Assembly (NCBI GenBank): GCA_951812955.1
Contig: OX638340.1
Coordinates: forward strand, 2,912,001-2,976,000
Reading direction: 5' to 3'
Length of the DNA: 64,000 nt
Origin: an uncultured Gemmatimonadota bacterium
GTDB taxonomy: Bacteria > JAAXHH01
Of this stretch, positions 45,759 through 53,914 are shown piece after piece (position 1 is the stretch's first letter; the number at the start of each line of letters is the position of its first letter). The position numbers were made by a program, and so were the translations under genes. The notes beneath the pieces are model-generated. The model made no database searches, was not told the origin of the DNA, and was given only the letters and a program-made list of their open reading frames with translations.

Positions 45759-47687
45759 CTAAACGGACACCGGCGCCTCGTGACCACCGTAGCCGAGTGC
45801 TTTCACGTCCCGATGCAGCCGATCGAGCACCCTGGTCCGTACCTCTTCGAACATCTCCCGGGTCAGGAAACTCACGCCGGGCAGGTCGCCCTTGGGCTGA
45901 CCCACGAAAACGTCGGACGGCAGATCGTATTCGGACTCCGTGATCCCCTGTTTCTGTTCGAGGGAAAACCCCAGGATGTGGGCCCGGTAGGTGGCGTCCA
46001 GCACCCGCTCGGCTGAGAAGGGCACGCCGAAAACGGACTCGATGCCTTCGCTGACCTGGTCCGGCGGGGCCATGGTGAACAAACATCCGCCATGCAGGTC
46101 CTTGTTGACCATCTTCCACCCTTCCTCGGTGATGTTGTGGACCCAGTAGTCCGCCGAATCGGGCTTGCAGTCCGGGTCCATCACGTATAGCAGGAAGGTG
46201 CGCATGGACATGTGGCCGCCGGCCACGGCGAAGGGGTAGCCCGGATTGGTCTGTCCCAGATAGGCGGAGAACTCGACCCCTTTGGCATGCATCGCGAAGC
46301 CCTCGCCACCGATCTCTTCGGCAATCACCCGGACACCCTTTCCGAATAGGGGTTCGCGGCCATAGGCGATATCCTCTTTAAGTCGGCGCGCACCTTCCGC
46401 GTCCCCGAAGGTTACGCCGCCCGCAACGGTGCCGTTACCACGGGAATTGTAGTCCATCAGGAAGGAGAGCACGACGTTGGCCGATATGGTATCGAACCCC
46501 AGGTCGTCGTCCAGCCGGGCGAGTTCCAGGTTGTCATGTGGATCCAGGATGCCGAGGTTGGCGCCGGACAGTTCCATGGGCTCGAACTCGAACCGGCCGA
46601 GGTAATCTCCATGGTTCCTCCGGGCCTTGCGCCAATCGGGATCCTTGCCGCCTTCCGGGATGTCGTAGAAGTCCTGGTGGCACGTTATCTGGCAGCCGTA
46701 GCAGCTCTTGTCGATGACGATGAAATCGTCCGATTCCCGCATGGTTTCCAGGTGTACCGGAACGGCCACGTTCTCGCCGGGCGGTTCGAAGTTCCGGTAG
46801 GGCAGCACGCCGAATCCATCGAGGATCTTGCTGTTCTTGCCCGTTCCGCCCAGTCCGTTCCGGTTGTGTGGATGGCGGTAACCCCGGCTCTGCTCGCCCC
46901 GCCCGATCTCGTTGTTGATGACCTTGAGCCGGTCGTCGCCCTTTCGGTAATAGTCCGTTTCCGACCTGGCCACAATGCCGATGATGTTCTTGGAACCGAG
47001 CACCGAGCCCATGCCGAGCCGGCCCGCGAACCGCCACTTGTCTTCCCCGCTCATCAACTGTTCCTGCGTCGATCCGACAATGGCCGCGTACCAGACCGTT
47101 TTCCAGTTTTCACCGGCCGGTCCGACGACGGCGAAATGGGCGTGGTATTCCTTGTCTTCATCGTTGTACTGCTCATCCAGATAGACCATCTTGTCCCGTA
47201 CCCGCGCGCCGACAAGATGTGCCGGGGCTTCGATCAGGGAAATATAGGGGCCGTCACTGGTCTGCTTTATAACCAGGAAGCTGGGACGATCCGCGCGGCC
47301 GGTGAGTATCAGGTCGCCGATGCCGGTATAGGAGAACTTGCGTCCGAAACTCCCGCTCATGGCCGACCAGACGGGCATGGGCTTTCCCGCCCGGGTACGT
47401 TTCAACGGGGAAAAACCCGAGAAATACGCCCGCAGCCCGGTCATGAACTGCGTGCCGGTGAAGCAGCCGGTGTTGATGACCAGCGGGGCATCCGGCGCGA
47501 AGGGATCGCTCACTTCATAGCCCGAGAGGATCTTGAACGACCGGCCGATGCCCCCGAGGAAGTCCATGTCGTCCTTGACCCGAAGGTCGTCGCTTCGGAC
47601 CTCGCGACCGGCGGACAGGTCGTATTCGATGCGGGTGTAGGTATAGTCGGTCACGTCTCCCGGCGTGCCGTTTCCAGGTTTCAGCAC
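45759..47687 (-). CDS. Aldehyde:ferredoxin oxidoreductase (AOR) family tungsto/molybdopterin enzyme
   Basis: An AOR N-domain pattern is present (GGIGRSFKIL...DPFAPDAPLVINTGCFTG). The blocks RFAGRLGMGSVLGSKNIIGIVA, the 4Fe-4S cysteines CYGCQITC, and GFDTIS also match. Confidence 0.8.
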   Translation of the reverse strand: MLKPGNGTPGDVTDYTYTRIEYDLSAGREVRSDDLRVKDDMDFLGGIGRSFKILSGYEVSDPFAPDAPLVINTGCFTGTQFMTGLRAYFSGFSPLKRTRAGKPMPVWSAMSGSFGRKFSYTGIGDLILTGRADRPSFLVIKQTSDGPYISLIEAPAHLVGARVRDKMVYLDEQYNDEDKEYHAHFAVVGPAGENWKTVWYAAIVGSTQEQLMSGEDKWRFAGRLGMGSVLGSKNIIGIVARSETDYYRKGDDRLKVINNEIGRGEQSRGYRHPHNRNGLGGTGKNSKILDGFGVLPYRNFEPPGENVAVPVHLETMRESDDFIVIDKSCYGCQITCHQDFYDIPEGGKDPDWRKARRNHGDYLGRFEFEPMELSGANLGILDPHDNLELARLDDDLGFDTISANVVLSFLMDYNSRGNGTVAGGVTFGDAEGARRLKEDIAYGREPLFGKGVRVIAEEIGGEGFAMHAKGVEFSAYLGQTNPGYPFAVAGGHMSMRTFLLYVMDPDCKPDSADYWVHNITEEGWKMVNKDLHGGCLFTMAPPDQVSEGIESVFGVPFSAERVLDATYRAHILGFSLEQKQGITESEYDLPSDVFVGQPKGDLPGVSFLTREMFEEVRTRVLDRLHRDVKALGYGGHEAPVSV

Positions 47688-47838
47688 GATATCCCCCTCG
47701 CTGTTGTACGGGTATCTGTTAACATCGTCATCGTTTTGGTATTCAAACGGGACCGCGCTGCATCACCACGCGGTCACGTATAATATATCAGGATTACGCA
47801 TACGAAAACAGCAATAATCCCTGCGGGGCAATGGGCGG

Positions 47839-47867
47839 TTGACAATTCCCCTGTATTTCATTAAAAA
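47839..47867 (+). promoter_or_regulatory. Candidate sigma70-type promoter for the PhyH gene
   Basis: TTGACA (47839-47844), a 17-nt spacer, then TAAAAA (47862-47867). Confidence 0.4.
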
Positions 47868-47987
47868 TAACTGAAATCCACCACCAGGAACCATACGCAG
47901 GCGTGATTCACGAAATACGCGGATAACTCGACACCCCGACCGCGCCAACCACACACCACTTCGAGCTACGCCAAGCCGAGGACATCG

Positions 47988-48911
47988 ATGACAGACCTTT
48001 CCCAGCAGACCGAACCCGCGATCGAGGTCCCCCGGATCGTGGACGATGAACAGATCCAGTTCTACGTGGATAACGGGTATCTCGTCGTGCCCGACTTGAT
48101 GACCGGCGACGAACTGCAGGAACTGAAGGACGACCTGGTCGACGTGGCCCGGGGAAAGTATCCCTGCAGGGGGCTTGACCCGCCGGCGCCCGATGACACC
48201 GACGACGACGTGTTGCAGCGCATCCTGTGTATCCACCAGCCCCACTTCGTCAGCCAGGTGATCGAGCAGTACGTGCGCCATCCGAAGATCTGCGGGGTGC
48301 TGAGCCAGATTACCGCGGCCCATCTGCCCTACTGGGACGGGAGCGTAAAGTGCATGCAGTCCATGTACTTCATCAAGCCGCCCCGGTTCCAGGGCCAGGC
48401 CTGGCACCAGGACGAGATCTTCATCCCCACGCGGGACCGGTCCCTGATCGGCGCGTGGATCGCCGTGGACGACGCCACGATCGAGAACGGTTGCCTGTAT
48501 GTCGTGCCCGGTTCACACCGGAACGGTTATCTCTATCCGCAGCGGCAGCACGAGAACCCCGACGAGTTCGACTTTGCGCCCGAGAGCTACGGATTCGACG
48601 AGTCCGTGGAAGTGCCGGTCGAAGTCCGCGCCGGAGCCCTGGTCTTCTTCAACGGCTATCTCCTGCATCGGTCCTACAAGAACCGCAGCGATCAGCCCCG
48701 CCGCGTGCTGGTGAACCACTACTGCAACGCGTGGAGCCTGCTGCCCTGGGGCATCGAAGAGGGCGAGCGTCCCGCCACGGCCGACCGTCGCACGATCGTT
48801 CCGGTTTCCGGCACCGACCCCTACGCCTGGAAGGGCTACGAACCCACGCAGGACACGATCTGGATACGCAACTGCAAGGCGGCGGATGATATGAAGGAGG
48901 AGGCGGAGTAG
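47988..48911 (+). CDS. Phytanoyl-CoA dioxygenase (PhyH) family oxygenase
   Basis: The blocks are FYVDNGYLVVPDL, the HxD motif WHQDEIFI, and a distal His in LLHRSYKN. Confidence 0.8.
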   Translation: MTDLSQQTEPAIEVPRIVDDEQIQFYVDNGYLVVPDLMTGDELQELKDDLVDVARGKYPCRGLDPPAPDDTDDDVLQRILCIHQPHFVSQVIEQYVRHPKICGVLSQITAAHLPYWDGSVKCMQSMYFIKPPRFQGQAWHQDEIFIPTRDRSLIGAWIAVDDATIENGCLYVVPGSHRNGYLYPQRQHENPDEFDFAPESYGFDESVEVPVEVRAGALVFFNGYLLHRSYKNRSDQPRRVLVNHYCNAWSLLPWGIEEGERPATADRRTIVPVSGTDPYAWKGYEPTQDTIWIRNCKAADDMKEEAE

Positions 48912-48995
48912 ACGGGGCCCGGCGAGAGATAGCTATTATCAAACTCGCACCGGGTAACGTCGTCGATTGCGAACCTGTAGACTTTAAGGGCGCCG

Positions 48996-49055
48996 TCGTT
49001 CGGCGTACTTTTGACCAGCGTCCTCTCAACCGGTGTTCTTTCGGCCGGCGTCCTC
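48996..49055 (-). repeat. 30-bp periodic repeat x2 related to the 25076-25165 repeat
   Basis: Read on the minus strand the units are GAGGACGCCGGCCGAAAGAACACCGGTTGA and GAGGACGCTGGTCAAAAGTACGCCGAACGA. The core GAG(C)GGACGC[CT]G-TGaCAAaG is shared with the 25.1-kb repeat. Confidence 0.4.
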
Positions 49056-49170
49056 GTATTCTCCTCTAACCCAGCCTGCGTGTCCATCCTGATCAGCCCG
49101 CAAATCCGTTGACGTAACGGCCTCTTCCCCTTAGCTTCCGCTTTGCTTGTAATACCTAAACGCCTTATCA

Positions 49171-50664
49171 ATGTATCATCCCGTTTCCCGCGGAGCCCCC
49201 GTGAACGTCATCTGCATCTGCCTGGACACCTTTCGCGCCGACATCATCGGCCCGGGCAGGAAGTTCAGCCACGCGCACACGCCCAATCTCGACGCTTTCC
49301 ACGGCGGCAGCATCCGGTTCAACCGAGCGTATGGCGAAGGGCAGCCCACGCTGCAGGTCCGCCGCGCGCTGTTCACCGGGATGCGCAGTTTCCCCTGGCG
49401 TTACAACTTCGACCGGCGCGGACACTGGCATCATGCTCCAGGCTGGCACAAGATTCCCCCGGAGCAGGACACGATCGCCGAGGTGCTGCTGGAACGAGGG
49501 TACCTGACGGCCCTCATCGCCGACACCTATCATATGTTCAAGCCCACCATGAACTTTGCCCGGGGATTCGCGCACCTGGATTTTGTGCGGGGGCAGGAAT
49601 CGGACAACTGGAAAAGCGGTGACCCCCGGCTGGTGGAGGCGCAGCTCGCCCGGCACGTCCGGTCGCCCGTGGACATGGCCCGGCACGTGGGACTTGTGAA
49701 CTACCTGCTCAACCAGCGACACCGGAGGGAAAAGGACGACTACCAGTGCGCCCGGGTATTCAATTCGGCCTGCGAGTGGCTGGCCGACAACCATACGGCG
49801 GGGCCCTTCTTCCTGTGGGTAGACAGCTTCGATCCCCACGAGCCATGGGATCCGCCGCCGGAATATGCGGACCGGTACTGCGAGCATGACGGCCTCGATT
49901 TCATCCAGCCCGGCCCCGCTTACAGTAGAGGCGGGCCAGGCGGGGGCGGCCCGGGCGGACCATCGGAAGCGGAACTCAGGCGCATCGAGGCGCTGTACCT
50001 CGGCGAGGTCACCCTCGTGGACGAGTATGTGGGCCGGTTGCTGAACGCGGCCGCGGACCTGAACCTGCTCGATGAGACCATGGTCGTGATTCTGTCGGAC
50101 CACGGCACACAACTGCTGGACCAGGGGAAGTTCGGCAAGGGGCCTGATGAACTGCATCCCTTCAATACCCAGCTCAACCTCATGATGCGGGTACCTGGCG
50201 GGCCCGCGGACCTCGACGTGGACGCCTTCGTGCAAAACCACGACCTCATGCCCACGCTGCTCGGACGGCTCGGGATGCGGGCGGAGTGGACGGACGGGGA
50301 GGACCTGTGGCCGTTGGTCACGGGCGAAAAGGCATCGGTTCGCGACCGCGTGGTGACCGGATGGGCGGGCTTTGTCACGGGGAACGCCGTGGGCAGGGCC
50401 AGCGTCCGAGACGATCGCTGGAACTACTGCACGGCGGTGGGGTACGAGGACGAGGCTGGCGATGAACTCTTCGACCTGGAGGCTGATCCGGAAGAGCGGC
50501 GAAACGTGGCCGGTCTCCATCCAGAGATCGTCGCGGATCGCCGTACCGACGTGGAGGCCGTGATCGGCCAGCCTCTCCCCGGACAGATGGTGGAGGTGTG
50601 CGATGCGGCCCCCGGGCCCATGTCGCACTGGCTGGGACAGTTGCTGAAGAAGAGACAGGGTTGA
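49171..50664 (+). CDS. Sulfatase-fold (alkaline phosphatase superfamily) hydrolase lacking the Cys/Ser-x-Pro-x-Arg formylglycine motif
   Basis: The N-terminal metal site is ICICLDTFRAD. The position of CxPxR reads GQPTLQVRRALFTG. Later blocks SDHG and PTLL are present. I see no signal peptide. Confidence 0.7.
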   Translation: MYHPVSRGAPVNVICICLDTFRADIIGPGRKFSHAHTPNLDAFHGGSIRFNRAYGEGQPTLQVRRALFTGMRSFPWRYNFDRRGHWHHAPGWHKIPPEQDTIAEVLLERGYLTALIADTYHMFKPTMNFARGFAHLDFVRGQESDNWKSGDPRLVEAQLARHVRSPVDMARHVGLVNYLLNQRHRREKDDYQCARVFNSACEWLADNHTAGPFFLWVDSFDPHEPWDPPPEYADRYCEHDGLDFIQPGPAYSRGGPGGGGPGGPSEAELRRIEALYLGEVTLVDEYVGRLLNAAADLNLLDETMVVILSDHGTQLLDQGKFGKGPDELHPFNTQLNLMMRVPGGPADLDVDAFVQNHDLMPTLLGRLGMRAEWTDGEDLWPLVTGEKASVRDRVVTGWAGFVTGNAVGRASVRDDRWNYCTAVGYEDEAGDELFDLEADPEERRNVAGLHPEIVADRRTDVEAVIGQPLPGQMVEVCDAAPGPMSHWLGQLLKKRQG

Positions 50665-50815
50665 ATCGTGGGTGGGCGGCGTGTAGGCGGCGTGTAAGCC
50701 GATCGCGCCCAACGCCGAAGCCATGCGCGCACCGAACCGCGCATAAACGATGGTCTGAAATAGCGGTCTGAAATAGCCATGAAGAAGAGTATGCAATCCA
50801 AACCTTTTATTGAGT

Positions 50816-50829
50816 TGTACAATTGTACA
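50816..50829. promoter_or_regulatory. Perfect 14-bp palindrome (candidate operator) upstream of an SDR gene
   Basis: TGTACAATTGTACA is its own reverse complement. It lies 36 nt upstream of the ATG at 50865. A perfect 13-bp tandem repeat, GGTCTGAAATAGC x2, sits at 50752-50777. Confidence 0.4.
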
Positions 50830-50864
50830 TCTGATGTGGTCTTCATGCAACAGGAGTATTCAGC

Positions 50865-51647
50865 ATGCGGTTAGCAGGCAGGGCGGCCATCGTGACCGGC
50901 GCGGGGGACGGGATAGGGCGCGGGATCGCGCTGGCGCTTGCCCGGGAAGGCGCTTCGGTGGCGGTGTGCGACGTGAACGCCGACACGGTGACGGAGACCG
51001 GACGGCTGGTCGCCGAGACGGGACGGCCCGTCCTGGCGGAATCTCTGGACATCACCGACCACGGCGGGGTCAGGTCCTTCGTAGAGAGGGCGGCGTCCCG
51101 GATGGGGCGGATCGACATCCTGGTTAATAACGCCGCCATCATGCCCGTGTCCCCCGTCGAAGAGCAGGACGAAGCGGTGATGGCCCGCATCCTCTCCGTC
51201 AACCTGCTGGCCCCCGCCGTCTTCAGCAAGTATTGTATCCCGCACATGCGAGCCGCGGGCGGCGGATCGATCATTCACATGGCGAGTGTCACGGGCCACA
51301 ATGGGCATCCGGGGGTCGCGGTCTACGGGGCGACGAAGGGTGGACTGATCGCGCTGGCCCGGGGACAGGCCATGGAACTCGCCGTGGACAGGATCAGGGT
51401 GAATACAGTCTCTCCCGGCACGGTGGATTCCCCCATGTTGCACAACTTCGTGAATGAGAACGCCGAGGATCCGGAAGCCGCGCTCAGGGCCTTCGATCGG
51501 CTGCACCCCATCGGCCGGATTGCCACCATCGAGGAGGTCGCCAACGTCTTCGTGTTCCTGGCGAGCGACGAATCCAGCGATATCACGGCGGCGGATATCC
51601 GCTGCGACGGCGGCTACGCGGTCCAGGGCCGGCAGCCGACGGAATAA
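50865..51647 (+). CDS. SDR-family oxidoreductase
   Basis: The motifs are TGAGDGIG, NNAA, YGATK and a PG block. Confidence 0.9.
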   Translation: MRLAGRAAIVTGAGDGIGRGIALALAREGASVAVCDVNADTVTETGRLVAETGRPVLAESLDITDHGGVRSFVERAASRMGRIDILVNNAAIMPVSPVEEQDEAVMARILSVNLLAPAVFSKYCIPHMRAAGGGSIIHMASVTGHNGHPGVAVYGATKGGLIALARGQAMELAVDRIRVNTVSPGTVDSPMLHNFVNENAEDPEAALRAFDRLHPIGRIATIEEVANVFVFLASDESSDITAADIRCDGGYAVQGRQPTE

Positions 51648-51720
51648 CGGCAAGGAGAAGATCCGCTCATCTGCGACGGCGGCTACGCGGTCCAGGGCCG
51701 GCAGCCGACGGAATGACGGC
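51597..51720 (+). repeat. 69-bp tandem duplication spanning the SDR stop codon
   Basis: A 44-nt perfect repeat, CTGCGACGGCGGCTACGCGGTCCAGGGCCGGCAGCCGACGGAAT, occurs at 51602-51645 and 51671-51714. The flanking ATCCGCT is also repeated. The offset is 69 nt, i.e. 23 codons, in frame. Confidence 0.85.
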
Positions 51721-51759
51721 TAGATTTCATCGGCCAGGAAACAGCTGCAAGGAGAACAT

Positions 51760-52743
51760 ATGTCAGTAGGAGTTTGCGCCTATTCATTCAATACGGGTCC
51801 CGACGCCTTCGAGCTCATGGACATGGCCGTCGAACACGGACTGGCCGGCGTGGAGTTCCCCCCGGACGACTGCTTGCCCGACCTGGCGCCGGCCACGCTG
51901 GAATCGGCCCGCGCCTGTGCGGAGGAACGCGGACTGTTCGTCGTGGCCGACGGCGGTCAGGTGGAGCGGGAGATGCTGGAGCGTCTCATCCCCGCGGCCT
52001 CCGGCCTCGGCGCGTCGACGTTGCGGGTGGTCATGAGCGGCGTACTCGGCGGGGACCGGCGTCCGCTGGCGGGACGGTGGAATGCCCATCTCGCGGATTG
52101 CAGGGATATTTTGCGCGAAGTCCTGCCGAAGGCGGAAGAGCATGGCGTGACCATCGCGGTGGAAAATCACTCCGACGCCACGTCCCACGACATGGCCTGG
52201 CTGTGCGAGGAATTGGACAGCCCGTACGTCGGCATTACGCTCGACGTGGGCAACGTGCTGGCGGTGTGTGAAGAACCCTTCGGGTACACGGAACGGCTGC
52301 TGCCCCATCTCCGTCATATCCACCTCAAGGACTATACGCTGCATCCTTCCAACGAGGGATTCCGCATAGCGCGATGCCCGCTGGGAGCAGGCGTGGTCGA
52401 CTATCCCGCCCTGCTGTCCCTGATCGACGGTTACCACGGCACGCGGGACCAGGGGGGCGGGATCGCGAAGACCATCGAACTGGGCGCCATATACGCCCGT
52501 CACGTGCGCATGCTCATGGCCGATTACTGGGCGGAGTATCCGGAACGGGACGTTAAAGAACTGTTGCCCTTTCTGCGGTTGTACTGGGCCCATGTTCGAC
52601 CGAAGGAAGAAGACTGGCGAACGCCCAGAGAGAAGGACGAACCGGTCGAGGTGCTGAAGGCATACGAGAATCGGCAATTCGAAGATAGCGTGTCCTATCT
52701 GAAGGAAATCGGGGCCGTCCAATCGAACTCCGTTACAACCTGA
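51760..52743 (+). CDS. Sugar phosphate isomerase/epimerase (xylose-isomerase-like TIM barrel)
   Basis: The family pattern includes AVENH, LDVGN, HIHLKD and a conserved Glu/His/Asp metal-ligand spacing. Confidence 0.75.
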   Translation: MSVGVCAYSFNTGPDAFELMDMAVEHGLAGVEFPPDDCLPDLAPATLESARACAEERGLFVVADGGQVEREMLERLIPAASGLGASTLRVVMSGVLGGDRRPLAGRWNAHLADCRDILREVLPKAEEHGVTIAVENHSDATSHDMAWLCEELDSPYVGITLDVGNVLAVCEEPFGYTERLLPHLRHIHLKDYTLHPSNEGFRIARCPLGAGVVDYPALLSLIDGYHGTRDQGGGIAKTIELGAIYARHVRMLMADYWAEYPERDVKELLPFLRLYWAHVRPKEEDWRTPREKDEPVEVLKAYENRQFEDSVSYLKEIGAVQSNSVTT

Positions 52744-52760
52744 ACAAGGCGGGTCGGCAA

Positions 52761-53855
52761 ATGAGCTTTTCCGTTAATTCCGGTGACCACCTTGAAACGA
52801 AGGCGGTCGAAATGAAGATGGAACGCCTCGACCAGTCCGACATGCATGGTTCCATCGGTTCGATACCCGACCAGGTGGAAGCGGCCTGGGGGGATATGAC
52901 GGGGCGCGTTTTCCCCGACGCCTGCCGCGACGTGGACCACGTCGTGGTAGCCGGGATGGGTGGATCGGCCCTGGGCGCGCATCTGATAATGGACGTATTC
53001 CGCGACAGGCTGTCCGTACCGGTGACCGTGGTTTCAGATTACCAGGCGCCCGCGTGGATCGACGAACGGACACTCATCGTGTTGTCCAGTTATTCCGGGG
53101 GCACGGAGGAGGTGCTGAACATGGCGCAGCAGGGCGCGTCCCGTAACATTCCCATGATCGCGCTGACTACCGGAGGCGAACTGGCGGCGCTCGCCGAAGG
53201 AAATCGCTGGCCGGCCGTAGTGTTCGGCAGCGAACTGAATACGTGCGGGCAGCCTCGGATCGGCCTGGGTTACGCGGTGACGTACCTACTCGGGATTTTC
53301 CGGCAACTGGGCTTCGTAGACCTCGCCGCGACGGAGATTACCCGGGCCATCATGCTGCTACGTGAGACGAATCAGGATTACAGGGAACCGGGAGAGGAAA
53401 ACCCCGCCTTCGAGCTGGCGCGATCGACGCAGGGCAAAACGGTGATGATCATGGCCTCCGAGCATCTCACCGGCAATGCCCACATCATGGCCAACCAGTG
53501 GAACGAGAATGCCAAGAACATGGCGGCGTGGTTCGCCATACCCGAGCTCAACCACCATCTGCTCGAAGGGATGACCTACCCCCGGGAAAACCAAAACGGG
53601 CTCGTCGCCGTGCTGGTCCAGTCCGACCTCTACGATCCGCGCAACCGCCGCCGACACGAGATCACCCGCGCCTTGCTCGAGGAACAGGAGATCGCCTGCC
53701 CGGTCATCAAGCCACGGGGAGATACGGCCCTGGAACAGGCTTTCGACCTGCTCCTGCTCGGCACCTATGCCAGTTTCTACCAGGCGGTCTTAAACGCAAC
53801 CGATCCATCCCCCATTCCCTGGGTCGATCAGTTCAAGCGTCGCATGGCCGGCTAA
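52761..53855 (+). CDS. Bifunctional phosphoglucose/phosphomannose isomerase (SIS-domain, archaeal/bacterial PGI-PMI type)
   Basis: The blocks are VVAGMGGSALG, SSYSGGTEE, GQPRIGLGY and ELNHHLLEG. The real start may be the internal Met at 52812 or 52818. Confidence 0.8.
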   Translation: MSFSVNSGDHLETKAVEMKMERLDQSDMHGSIGSIPDQVEAAWGDMTGRVFPDACRDVDHVVVAGMGGSALGAHLIMDVFRDRLSVPVTVVSDYQAPAWIDERTLIVLSSYSGGTEEVLNMAQQGASRNIPMIALTTGGELAALAEGNRWPAVVFGSELNTCGQPRIGLGYAVTYLLGIFRQLGFVDLAATEITRAIMLLRETNQDYREPGEENPAFELARSTQGKTVMIMASEHLTGNAHIMANQWNENAKNMAAWFAIPELNHHLLEGMTYPRENQNGLVAVLVQSDLYDPRNRRRHEITRALLEEQEIACPVIKPRGDTALEQAFDLLLLGTYASFYQAVLNATDPSPIPWVDQFKRRMAG

Positions 53856-53914
53856 AGGCACCACCCGCCACGATGTAGATCCCTTCCGGGTCACGCATCG
53901 AAAGACGGTACGGC

